Shown here: positions 25,522 to 33,403 of the stretch, piece after piece
Layout of the letters: each line of letters starts with the position of its first letter
How positions within the stretch are numbered: the first letter of the stretch is position 1
Source of the DNA: an uncultured Acidobacteriota bacterium
GTDB taxonomy: Bacteria; Acidobacteriota; Terriglobia; UBA7540
Direction of reading: 5' to 3'
Assembly: GCA_964495535.1 (NCBI GenBank)
Contig: CAZBWJ010000002.1
Location: forward strand, 6,828-40,230
Length of the DNA stretch: 33,403 bases
The notes under the pieces: generated by a model
Seen by the model: the letters and a program-made list of their open reading frames with translations, nothing else
Databases searched by the model: none
What the model was told of the DNA's origin: nothing
Position numbers and translations under genes: made by a program

Positions 25522-27090
25522 TCAGTGCTTATCGGCAGTCACTCCCGGCCCGTCGTCGGTGCGGAACGGCGAGGCGGGCAGACCGGCACGGTTATACAGA
25601 CTGCACTCCGGGTAGTCCGCCCACGCATAACGGACGGCCACGGGATGCGGCACCTTGTCACTGCGAACCACGACGGTGTTCCCCTCGATGCGGGCTTCGG
25701 CCGAAACGAACTTGCGATCTTCGCCAGCAATTTCAAAGCCTTTCAAAGCCTTGCCGCCCTTGGCCACGAGACCACCGAGCGCGTGCTTGAATCGCAGGCG
25801 GATTTTGTCGCCCTCGACGTTTTTCGACTCGTAGATAGGCCCGGAATAGGTCACGTCCTTCCCGTAGGCGATTGCTTGAGCGGCCAGGGCCAGACGGCGG
25901 CCGACTTCTTGCTTGTTCCTTGGATGGATGTCGTAAGGGTCGCCGATGTCCGCCGCGACGGCCATTCCGGTTTTGGGGAGCGACAAGGTCATTAGTTGCG
26001 CCTCGCGCAGTTCGGCCCATGAGGTCTTGGGTGCCGACTTCTGCATGAAGCCGGCGAGTTGCACAAACAGGAAAGGGAAGTCACCCTGGCCCCAAACGCG
26101 TCGCCAATCCTGAATCATGACCGGAAACAGTTTTCGATACTGGTAGGCCCGCTCAGCGTTCGATTCGCCCTGGTACCAGATGGCACCCCGAATCCCATAA
26201 GGAACGAGCGGCGCGATCATCCCGTTGAAAAGCCCGGCGGCGCGCCACGGACTGCTGCGGGGGTCGGCGGGGAACGGCGGAGCCGGTGGCGCTGGCCTCC
26301 CTTCAGCGTCTGCCTTCAGGGAAGCCTGATGCCACTCGTCCAACTCCTGACGGAACTTCTCCAGGGATTTGGGATAGTCGGCAAGTTTTTGCTCCCAGTC
26401 CTTGACAATCGAGGTCAGCTCTGGTTCGGCCGCTAGCGCGGCGGCACGCGTCCACGCTTCCGCCGGTGTGCCGCCCCACGAACTGTGGATCAAACCGATC
26501 GGGACGCCCAGCGCCTTGTAGAGTTCCCTGGCGAAGAAGAATCCAGCGGCGGTGAGCTCCCCTGCGGCCTGCGGACTGGCCGCGACCCACTGGCCTTGGG
26601 TGTCATCCTGCGGCTGGCCGGCGACCGCTCTCTTGACGTTAAACTGGCGGATCATGGGGAAATTCGCCGCGGCGATTTCCTGCTCGCCGTTGAGAACCCC
26701 TCCCCAAGCGCGCGGGCTATTACCGACAGCCATTGTCATGTTGGATTGCCCCGAGCAGATCCAGACTTCGCCAACGATCACGTTGTGGAGCGTGAGCGTG
26801 TTCTTGCCAGAGATGGTCATCTGAAAAGGGCCGCCGGTCGTCAGTGGACTAAGCTCAACCTTCCACCGCCCTTGGTTATCGGCACTGCTGGTCGCCCGCT
26901 GATCTGCCAACGTGACCGTCACTTGCTCTCCGGGATCGGCCCAGCCCCAGATGGGCACCTTCGCCTCGCGCTGAAGCACCATGTTGTCGCTAAACAACTG
27001 GGGCACCCGCACGTCGGCGCGGGCTGCCGCTGCGGCGAAAAAGAACCAGCTCAACACGCCAACCAGCAACTTCGAAGTGGTCATGCGCAT
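25522..27090 (-). CDS. Sialate O-acetylesterase (SASA family, SGNH-like carbohydrate esterase), secreted
   Basis: Start at MRMTTSKLLVGVLSWFFFAAAAARA (signal peptide) with GAGGAG RBS. Hallmark GEVWICSGQSNM catalytic Ser motif. Two-domain length (about 523 aa) typical for the family. Confidence 0.85.
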   Translation of the reverse strand: MRMTTSKLLVGVLSWFFFAAAAARADVRVPQLFSDNMVLQREAKVPIWGWADPGEQVTVTLADQRATSSADNQGRWKVELSPLTTGGPFQMTISGKNTLTLHNVIVGEVWICSGQSNMTMAVGNSPRAWGGVLNGEQEIAAANFPMIRQFNVKRAVAGQPQDDTQGQWVAASPQAAGELTAAGFFFARELYKALGVPIGLIHSSWGGTPAEAWTRAAALAAEPELTSIVKDWEQKLADYPKSLEKFRQELDEWHQASLKADAEGRPAPPAPPFPADPRSSPWRAAGLFNGMIAPLVPYGIRGAIWYQGESNAERAYQYRKLFPVMIQDWRRVWGQGDFPFLFVQLAGFMQKSAPKTSWAELREAQLMTLSLPKTGMAVAADIGDPYDIHPRNKQEVGRRLALAAQAIAYGKDVTYSGPIYESKNVEGDKIRLRFKHALGGLVAKGGKALKGFEIAGEDRKFVSAEARIEGNTVVVRSDKVPHPVAVRYAWADYPECSLYNRAGLPASPFRTDDGPGVTADKH

Positions 27091-27227
27091 ATCTTGGTGC
27101 TCCTCATCGTCTCCGGGCCAAGAATCGTATGACATACCGCCGTTCAGCGGCGGGCATGTTATCAAGGGCCACTGTGAACAGGCAAGGGCGATGTAGTTGA
27201 GAACACGTAGACAGAGGTGAAGAGCCC

Positions 27228-27253
27228 GGAATCAAGAATCAAAGGTCGAGAGG
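27228..27253. repeat. Short tandem repeat GAATCAA x2 followed by AGGTCGAGAGG, upstream of the esterase gene
   Basis: Read directly. The AGGTCGAGAG unit is shared with the array at 5095-5133. Confidence 0.5.
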
Positions 27254-27355
27254 AAGACGGCAAAGCCTGGGGGCGCAACTCGCGTATGGCGCTTATGTGC
27301 AGCCAGAGGGCGCGCACGACTGAAGACTGTCTGGTGTTGGCTCCGAACTGAAGTG

Positions 27356-27431
<76 letters not shown>

Positions 27432-27443
27432 CCCCTGAAACGA

Positions 27444-27496
27444 AAATGCTCACCCAGCAAAGTCAGCGTCACCGCCAAAATCCTGGGTGAGCATTT
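27444..27496 (-). terminator. Strong hairpin (14-bp perfect stem AAATGCTCACCCAG / CTGGGTGAGCATTT, 25-nt loop) with U-rich 3' flank on the minus strand, immediately 5' of tRNA-Thr
   Basis: Arms at 27444-27457 and 27483-27496. Minus-strand transcript continues UUUUCGUUUCAGGGG after the stem. Terminator-like, or a structured pre-tRNA leader / small RNA 3' end. Confidence 0.45.
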
Positions 27497-27547
27497 CCAG
27501 AGGAGAATAGAATGGCGGACGCGCCCCGCCAGACTAAGCTCCTTGTC

Positions 27548-27576
27548 AGTCTAGAAAATCGATATGTCGATGTCAA
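27548..27576 (-). promoter_or_regulatory. Candidate sigma70-type promoter (-35 TTGACA, 17-nt spacer, -10 TAGACT) in an AT-rich segment, reading towards the hairpin and tRNA-Thr
   Basis: Read on the reverse complement of 27548-27576. Perfect -35 hexamer. The -10 retains T1, A2, T6. Predicted transcript start near 27540, about 45 nt upstream of the hairpin. Confidence 0.3.
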
Positions 27577-27721
27577 GGGAATTCTCGGGAATTTTTTAGT
27601 CACCTAAGCCTAGTGTTATCAATGAGTTGCATGGGTTTCTAAAGGGAAAATCAGAAAGTCGCGATTTCCTTTGGAAACTGGCCGATGCATTCTGTAAACA
27701 GTTGAAAATACAGTATTTAGT

Positions 27722-28807
27722 TTAGCTCAGATTGAGTCGGATGATGGTCTCATGGTTGGGGTCGGCCCACTCCCAGCGGGGGAACAGTTTCGTGGCCGCG
27801 CGCCGAGAAAGGAAGATCAAGATTCCTCCTCCGAGTCCGAAACCGGCAATGATGAAAGAGAGCAGCAGGTTGGCCAGAACCAAGTCGATTACTTGCAGCG
27901 TGAACGATTTGGCGCCGGGATAGCGCTCATTCCAACTCACATTCGACGTAATCTGAAACTGATCCATCAGTTGTTTCGCCGCCGTCGCTGAGCCGGACTT
28001 CAGCACCAGGATGACGAATGACCCAGTCCGTCTTCCGTAGATTGACCCTGCGCCTCGCTCCTGATTGACTCCCAGGAAACTCTCCATGGCTCCAAATCGG
28101 ACGCGAGCAATCTGGGGCGTGGGGTAATTGAGAGCCAACACTGTAGCGCGCACCCGCCCGGCCATGTACTCTGCAACCTGGGCCTCGGCGCCCTGCGGGA
28201 AGCCTATCAGCTCGTGGCGAAACTCAGGCAACACGCGGCGCGCGGCCTCCAATCCGAGCAAATACTTCTCCGACCTCGGGATCAACCCCTGGATAGGCAA
28301 GGCAGCGGGTACTCCGGCCAGGTCTTCGGGGGAGGGCCGGGTACCGCCAATGTAGATGAGGAGGGCGGCGAAGTTGTTGTCAGAAATCTGCGAGTCGGCC
28401 GCTCGCGCCGCCCGAATGAAGAATCGCCCTCTTGCCATGAGCGCACCCTCGGATCCCATCAGGGTGAGCGCCATGCCCTTGGCCGGCTGCATAGCTTCCG
28501 TCTGATAGTAGGTGAGCAGGCCATAGGCGGCAGAAGTGTCCACGGCCTCTTCGATCAGAACCTCGGCGGTTTGGGGGCCTAGGTGATAGGTACGGTGGAC
28601 GATTGTCCTCACTCCGTACTCGCGCTCGATGGCGGGGTCGCCACCCCACTGACGGACGGCATCCACATCCAGGGGCTGGGATTTCACCAGATGCCAGTTC
28701 GCCGCGGGAATCAGGGGAATGACCGTGCGCTCCTGTGCCCTCAGCACCCAGGGAACCGCCAGCAGGGCAAGCATGAGCGCGAATTGCCTGGCCGATGGGC
28801 GTGCCAT
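27722..28807 (-). CDS. Hypothetical exported protein with N-terminal signal peptide and C-terminal TM anchor; third gene of the SLT-amidase operon
   Basis: 361 aa. MARPSARQFALMLALLAVPWVLRAQE signal. C-terminal hydrophobic helix (VIDLVLANLLLSFIIAGFGLGGGILIFL). Start is 15 bp after the amidase stop. No recognisable domain. Confidence 0.6.
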   Translation of the reverse strand: MARPSARQFALMLALLAVPWVLRAQERTVIPLIPAANWHLVKSQPLDVDAVRQWGGDPAIEREYGVRTIVHRTYHLGPQTAEVLIEEAVDTSAAYGLLTYYQTEAMQPAKGMALTLMGSEGALMARGRFFIRAARAADSQISDNNFAALLIYIGGTRPSPEDLAGVPAALPIQGLIPRSEKYLLGLEAARRVLPEFRHELIGFPQGAEAQVAEYMAGRVRATVLALNYPTPQIARVRFGAMESFLGVNQERGAGSIYGRRTGSFVILVLKSGSATAAKQLMDQFQITSNVSWNERYPGAKSFTLQVIDLVLANLLLSFIIAGFGLGGGILIFLSRRAATKLFPRWEWADPNHETIIRLNLS

Positions 28808-28821
28808 CAGGTATCAGGATA

Positions 28822-30936
28822 TCAGAAATCGGAGAGTGCGGCGGGAGAGGATTGCCCGGCGGACGTTCCCTCACGCGCGCTGCTGAGCTGCGCCGGCTGC
28901 GCGACCTTGACGCCTCCGAGGTTGCTCACATAGCGGGCGATGCCGCGATAGAGCGCGTCAGCAATTCTCGCCCGATGCTCCGGCCGTTTCAGCAGGCGTT
29001 CGTCCTGGGGATTGGTGAGAAAGGATATCTCGGCTAAGACGGACGGCATGTTGGCGCCGATCAACACTACGAACGGGGCCTTTTTAACGCCGCGGTTCTT
29101 CTGCTCCCCGCTGAACTTCCTCAGCCGCGAAAAGATCTCTCGCTGGATCTGCGTGGCGAAATCCTGCGACTCCTCAATTTTCTCCGTCAGGGCAATCTTC
29201 TTGATTAAGTCCTGAAGTTGGTGGACGGATTCCTGGGTGGTGGCGTTTTCTCGGGCCGCCACCTCCAGGGCCTCCGGGTTCGAGGTGAAGTTCAGGTAGT
29301 AGGTTTCGATCCCCCGCGCCCGCCGGTCCCGGCTGGCGTTGGCGTGAATGGAGATAAAAAGATCGGCGGCCTTCTCGTTGGCGATGGCGGTCCGCTCTTC
29401 GAGCGGGATGAACGTGTCATCGGTGCGCGTCAGGATCACTTCGGCGCCGGTCTTCTCTTCCAGCACCTTCCTCAATCGGACCGCCACGTCCAGCACCAAA
29501 TCCTTTTCGTACAGCCCGGCGGGCCCAATGGTTCCCGTGTCGTGGCCTCCGTGGCCCGGGTCGATCACGATGCGCGCGATTTTCAGACCCAGCGCCCGGG
29601 TGAGCGTGCGCGCGCCTGACTCGGTGGGAGCCGGAGGCTTGATCGGGGTCACGCGCTCAGCCGGGCCGACGACTCCGGGCTCCTCCCTCCGTGCTCCCGA
29701 CGACGCGAGCGGAGGAAGCTTGACCGTGGCGGTTTCCTTCTGCTCGCTTGCGCCGGTGGACTTCGCGCCGCCAGCCTCGGCAACGATACCTGTCGCTCCC
29801 TTAGTGGGCTGGCTCGCCGCCGTTGCTCCGGAGTCTTCCGCCGGGGCAGGTTTGGAGCCCAGCGGAGGCGCGGTTGGCTTCTTGGCAGCCGCCCGCAGCG
29901 TCTCCTCAGCGGCGGGTGTTGCTGTCGCTTTGGCGGGTTTGGGCGCGGCCGCCTTTTCCGCCACCCGCGACGCTCGGCCGTTGATGTCAATGACCAGGCG
30001 GAAGGGATTGGGAAGCGTAAAGATGGAATAGTCCTCGATCTTCTCCACGTCCAATACGACGCGCGTGACGGTGGGCAGGTACTGACCAATGCGGATCTGA
30101 CGCAGGAACCCGTCTTCCACGGGGAAGGTCTTGCGCACCAGCGCGGAGCTCAGGCGCGACTCGGCAAGGTCAAGGACGATGCGGTCAGGATTAGGCAAGC
30201 GGTTGCTTTCGAACTTCACTTCGCCTTCCACGTTGATCACAATGCGGGAGTAGCTAGGGCCCACCCAGCGCCGGATCTCCGTGACTTCTGGCAGACGGCC
30301 AGCCCGGCGCTTCTCCAGCTTGGCCAACCGGCTGGCCTCGCGTTCCGCGAGCAGCCGATCGATCTGTCTGACCTTCGCCTGAGCTTCGGCGGCCTTGGAG
30401 GAGCGGGGATACTTGGCGAGGAATTCCCGGAAGGCCTGGCGTGCTTCCTCAGGGCTATCAAGGGCAGAGCGGGAGACCTCGCCAATGGTGAACAAGGCAT
30501 CACGTGACAAGCCGCTGTGGGGATACTGGGCGATGAGGTAGCGGTAAGCATCGATTGCGGCGCGGTGGTAGTCGTCGCTCGAAAAGCGCTCGCCCATCTC
30601 CGCGTAGAGTTCGGCAATGGACTGGAGTGCCACCGGCGCCTTGCCGTAGGCCGGATCGGCTTGGTGCACGGCGCGGAAGGCCCGAATCACTTTCTCGTAA
30701 TCCGACCTCTGCCGCGCCTTCTCGGGCCGCGAGGCCAGCGCCGCCCGCAGGCGGGCAGCGCTCTCATACGCGGCGCGCGCCCGTGATCGCCGCGAGGCGG
30801 CAGCAGCCGAGGAAGAAACTGCAGAGAAGACCAGCAGGCTGGCTAAGAGGAAGGCACCACAGATTCGGATATCTCGCTTGGTCAACCTCAACCGTTCAAT
30901 CTCCGCTGGCCTCCGGACATAACCGGGTCTGTTCAA
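28822..30936 (-). CDS. N-acetylmuramoyl-L-alanine amidase (Amidase_3, AmiC-like) with N-terminal TPR-like and AMIN domains
   Basis: 704 aa. C-terminal catalytic domain IVIDPGHGGHDTGTIGPAGLYEKDLVLDVA...ISIHANA (Zn ligands H, E, H of Amidase_3). Central AMIN-like segment (RIVLDL...TRVVLDV). Ala/Pro-rich linker. N-terminal helical repeats. Confidence 0.85.
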   Translation of the reverse strand: MNRPGYVRRPAEIERLRLTKRDIRICGAFLLASLLVFSAVSSSAAAASRRSRARAAYESAARLRAALASRPEKARQRSDYEKVIRAFRAVHQADPAYGKAPVALQSIAELYAEMGERFSSDDYHRAAIDAYRYLIAQYPHSGLSRDALFTIGEVSRSALDSPEEARQAFREFLAKYPRSSKAAEAQAKVRQIDRLLAEREASRLAKLEKRRAGRLPEVTEIRRWVGPSYSRIVINVEGEVKFESNRLPNPDRIVLDLAESRLSSALVRKTFPVEDGFLRQIRIGQYLPTVTRVVLDVEKIEDYSIFTLPNPFRLVIDINGRASRVAEKAAAPKPAKATATPAAEETLRAAAKKPTAPPLGSKPAPAEDSGATAASQPTKGATGIVAEAGGAKSTGASEQKETATVKLPPLASSGARREEPGVVGPAERVTPIKPPAPTESGARTLTRALGLKIARIVIDPGHGGHDTGTIGPAGLYEKDLVLDVAVRLRKVLEEKTGAEVILTRTDDTFIPLEERTAIANEKAADLFISIHANASRDRRARGIETYYLNFTSNPEALEVAARENATTQESVHQLQDLIKKIALTEKIEESQDFATQIQREIFSRLRKFSGEQKNRGVKKAPFVVLIGANMPSVLAEISFLTNPQDERLLKRPEHRARIADALYRGIARYVSNLGGVKVAQPAQLSSAREGTSAGQSSPAALSDF

Positions 30937-30971
30937 GCTCGGCGCCGTCGGCGGACGGCATCGCGGACTAG

Positions 30972-31679
30972 CTAGAATTCATAGCCATTGGTGAAGTGCA
31001 CCACGCCCTGCGCATCCACGTACCGATAGATGGGAGCCTTAGGTGGCTCCTTTGGCTTTAGCTTATTCTCGCCTGTCATCGGAGCGCCGTACAGGTCGGC
31101 AACTTTCCGCACGTAGTCACGCGTCTCCGTGTAATAGGGGATTCCGCCTTGGCGGAGGACGGAATTCTCCCCCGCGTTGTAGGCCGCTAGCGCCAGCGAC
31201 AAGTCGCCGCCGAAGAGATCAAGCAAGTACTTCAGGTAGGTGACCCCGGCTTCGATGTTTTGCTTGGGGTCGAATGGGTTCTTAACGCCAAAGCGCATGG
31301 CTGTAGCGGGAATCAACTGCATCAATCCCATGGCGCCTTTGTTGGAGACGGCGTCGGGGTGGTAGTCTGATTCGATTTGGATGATGGCGTGGACCAGGTT
31401 TGGGTCCACCTGCACCTGGTTGGCGGCCTGCCGGACCAGGCGATCGATTTCTGGGGGAGGCAAGGACGAGGTATCTGCGCGGATGGCGCGGAACCCGCGG
31501 GCCGTCCGGCGGTTGTTTAGAGATTCCGGGTCCCCGACGTTGATATAGACCTTGTGCCCGTGCTCGTCTACCACTGCCACGATCTGGTCCGCCCGCGCTG
31601 GCCGGGCGGCGACGAGCATCCAGGCGAGGGCTGACCCGCACGTCAGCGCGATGAGGGCGACTTTGGTGTGCCTATACAT
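30972..31679 (-). CDS. Lytic transglycosylase (SLT domain) with signal peptide
   Basis: Start at MYRHTKVALIALTCGSALAWMLVAARPARA with GGAGG RBS. SLT catalytic motif IIQIESDYHPDAVSNKGAMGLMQL (ES...GLMQ). 35-bp gap to the amidase start. Confidence 0.8.
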   Translation of the reverse strand: MYRHTKVALIALTCGSALAWMLVAARPARADQIVAVVDEHGHKVYINVGDPESLNNRRTARGFRAIRADTSSLPPPEIDRLVRQAANQVQVDPNLVHAIIQIESDYHPDAVSNKGAMGLMQLIPATAMRFGVKNPFDPKQNIEAGVTYLKYLLDLFGGDLSLALAAYNAGENSVLRQGGIPYYTETRDYVRKVADLYGAPMTGENKLKPKEPPKAPIYRYVDAQGVVHFTNGYEF

Positions 31680-31856
31680 CGACCTCCGGCCCCGGCTTCC
31701 CGGGGTGTTGACCCCATCCCCTCTCGCTCTGTTGCCCCTCGACCCAATCCTGCCGGCCCAATTGTCCGCTCGCGGGATCGCGGCTGGCGCGCGCGTGACT
31801 TTCCCCCCGGGCCGGGCGCAGTCGTGCACAACTCACCTTATTATAACACCAAAATC

Positions 31857-32002
31857 AAGTCAGGAGTCAGAAGGAAAGGGACAATAATCGAAAATCGGAA
31901 GGCAGACGGTACGCGGTGGACGGGTAAGGCACCCGCCAGGCGGTGTCAGTTGTCCATGGTCAGTTGGCGCAGTCCTTCTGACTCCTGACTTCTGACTCCT
32001 GC
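31857..32002. repeat. MITE/REP-like element: about 18-bp imperfect inverted termini (AAGTCAGGAGTCAGAAGG ... CCTTCTGACTCCTGACTTCTGACTCCT) flanking about 95 bp, in the gpmA 3' UTR
   Basis: Left arm 31857-31874, right arm 31971-32002 (right arm contains the motif twice). Shares the 13-mer with 22961-22973. Followed on the plus strand by TTTTT overlapping the gpmA stop. Confidence 0.5.
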
Positions 32003-32005
32003 TTT

Positions 32006-32755
32006 TTACCCTTTGCGCTTGGCCTGCTCCGCGACCGCTTTCGCGGCGCGCGCGACTGCCTCAGGGTCGCCCAAGTAGTAATGCCGGAGGGGCTTGAGAT
32101 CGTCGTCGAGCTCGTAAATCAGCGGGATGCCCGTGGGGATATTCAACTCCACGATGTCGTGGTCGGAGATGTTGTCCAGGTATTTGACGAGGCCGCGCAA
32201 GCTGTTTCCGTGCGCGGACACAATCACGCGCTTGCCGGAGCGCACGGTTGGGGCAATGGTCTCATGCCAGTAGGGAAGGGTTCGGGCCACCGTATCCTTC
32301 AGACACTCGGTGAGCGGAACCTCTTCGGGTTGCAGGTCGGCATAGCGTGGGTCGCGGCCGGGGTAGCGGGGGTCGTCGGGAGTCAAGGCCGGCGGCGGGA
32401 TGTCGTAGCTGCGACGCCAGATCTTCACCTGCGCCGCGCCGTACTTCTCTGCGGTCTGCGCCTTGTTGAGCCCTTGTAAGGCCCCATAGTGCCGCTCGTT
32501 CAGCCGCCAACTGTTGTAAACAGGAATCCACATCAGGTCCATTTCATCCAGAGCGATCCACAGCGTCCGGATGGCGCGCTTCAATACGGAGGTGTAAGCG
32601 AGGTCGAACGTGTAGCCTTCCTTCAGCAGAACCTTACCCGCCTCATGTGCTTCCTGAACCCCCTTTTCGCTGAGGTCCACGTCCGTCCACCCCGTAAACA
32701 GATTCTCCTTGTTCCAGGTGCTCTCGCCGTGCCGGAGTAGGACCAACTTATGCAT
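32006..32755 (-). CDS. gpmA: 2,3-bisphosphoglycerate-dependent phosphoglycerate mutase
   Basis: 249 aa. [32 protein letters not shown]... (RHGES phosphohistidine motif), near-identical architecture to GpmA along the entire length. Confidence 0.95.
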   Translation of the reverse strand: MHKLVLLRHGESTWNKENLFTGWTDVDLSEKGVQEAHEAGKVLLKEGYTFDLAYTSVLKRAIRTLWIALDEMDLMWIPVYNSWRLNERHYGALQGLNKAQTAEKYGAAQVKIWRRSYDIPPPALTPDDPRYPGRDPRYADLQPEEVPLTECLKDTVARTLPYWHETIAPTVRSGKRVIVSAHGNSLRGLVKYLDNISDHDIVELNIPTGIPLIYELDDDLKPLRHYYLGDPEAVARAAKAVAEQAKRKG

Positions 32756-32846
32756 GAGTGCAGTTCCTCCCCTAGAACAATCTGGCCATTCCAGTCCAAC
32801 TTCCTATTATGTGCGGCGCTTGAGTAGAGGCCGCGCCGGGATTCCG

Positions 32847-32891
32847 CTCAATCGACAACCGGCAATCTGCAATCGACAATCTTCAATCGTC
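32847..32891. repeat. Short tandem repeats CAATCGA(CAA) / CAATCTG x4-5 in the alaS-gpmA spacer
   Basis: Read directly: CTCAATCGACAACCGGCAATCTGCAATCGACAATCTTCAATCGTC. Confidence 0.5.
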
Positions 32892-33403
32892 TTACAGCAT
32901 CTTCTCGACGATGGACGGAACCGCACGCAGGGATTCGTCCAACTTGGCGGGGTTCCTGCCGCCGGCTTCGGCCAGGTCTTTGCGGCCGCCGCCCGTGCCT
33001 TCGACGATGGCCGCAGCCGCCTTTACGATCTTGCTGGCATCCAGCCGCTTGGTGAGGTCGCTCGAAACGGCGGCGACGAGGCTGACTTTCTCGTCGGCGA
33101 CGGCGCCGAGGACGATGACTCCGGAACCGAGCCGCGGCCGGAGGTTATCCACCATCTGCCGCATCGCGGCGCGGTCTGTGGCTTCGACGCGCGCCACAAT
33201 CACGCGCACGCCCTTCACTTCCATGGCGTTTTCCACCAGGTCGCCCGCCTGCGCCGCAGCGTGCTTCATCTGCTGGGATTCCAATTGTTTGCGGAGCTTC
33301 TTTTCGGATTCCGTCAGTTTCTCGACGGCTTGCAGCAGGTCATCAGGTTTTGCCCGCAGCGTTTCCGCGAGTAGCGCCAGCGTCTGGCTGGCCTCTCGAA
33401 GAT
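32892..33403 (-). CDS. alaS: Alanine--tRNA ligase, C-terminal portion (gene continues beyond the window end)
   Basis: Frame is open to the window edge. C-terminal DHHA1-type domain with the AlaRS signature GTGGGRKDLAEAGG (compare GGGGGRPDMAQAGG) and preceding coiled-coil (LREASQTLALLAETLRAKPDDLLQAVEKL...). Confidence 0.85.
   Translation of the reverse strand, partial: LREASQTLALLAETLRAKPDDLLQAVEKLTESEKKLRKQLESQQMKHAAAQAGDLVENAMEVKGVRVIVARVEATDRAAMRQMVDNLRPRLGSGVIVLGAVADEKVSLVAAVSSDLTKRLDASKIVKAAAAIVEGTGGGRKDLAEAGGRNPAKLDESLRAVPSIVEKML

Noticed and set aside
27500-27720. AT-rich segment beside tRNA-Thr as remnant of an integrated mobile element
   Set aside because: It is only about 220 bp, has no integrase/transposase and no obvious duplicated tRNA 3' end (att) in the window. 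It is more simply a promoter/terminator region.

Overview
High-GC (roughly 60-65%) bacterial chromosomal window with dense coding and RBS-bearing genes. Gene content (membrane-fused spermidine-synthase-like protein, Gly-rich TonB, many secreted hypothetical proteins, carbohydrate-active enzymes) suggests an Acidobacteria-like soil bacterium. I see no CRISPR array, no transposase or integrase, and no recognisable defence or toxin-antitoxin genes. Main content, left to right: (1) a sugar/sugar-acid catabolic neighbourhood: UxaA-family dehydratase divergent from a FucP-family MFS permease across a 930-bp non-coding region, then a convergent PhzF-like / class II (FucA-like) aldolase / PfkB (FruK-like) kinase string; (2) a 927-aa polytopic membrane protein fused to a spermidine-synthase-like domain; (3) a cluster of small secreted hypothetical proteins plus a secreted parallel beta-helix protein and a GH31 glycosidase; (4) tRNA-Gln(CTG), a TonB-family protein, and an NfeD-flotillin pair; (5) a translationally coupled beta-carbonic-anhydrase-like ORF and MgtC/DUF4010 protein, followed after a 43-bp gap by an HD-domain small alarmone hydrolase-like gene; (6) a SASA-family sialate O-acetylesterase; (7) tRNA-Thr(CGT) preceded by an AT-rich segment with promoter-like and terminator-like elements; (8) a cell-wall remodelling operon (SLT lytic transglycosylase, AmiC-like amidase, unknown anchored protein); (9) gpmA and the 3' end of alaS. 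Non-genic signals of note: four iteron-like 15-bp direct repeats at ~48-bp spacing and a 22-bp perfect palindrome (sigma54-like GG-N10-GC) in the uxaA/fucP intergenic region; a family of short tandem hepta/octanucleotide repeats in several intergenic spacers; and a MITE/REP-like element with ~18-bp inverted termini between gpmA and the SLT gene. The most plausible candidates for something new are the non-canonical deoxy-sugar module, the beta-CA-like/MgtC coupling, the putative enhancer-like architecture upstream of uxaA, and the unknown third member of the cell-wall hydrolase operon. None of these can be confirmed from sequence alone.
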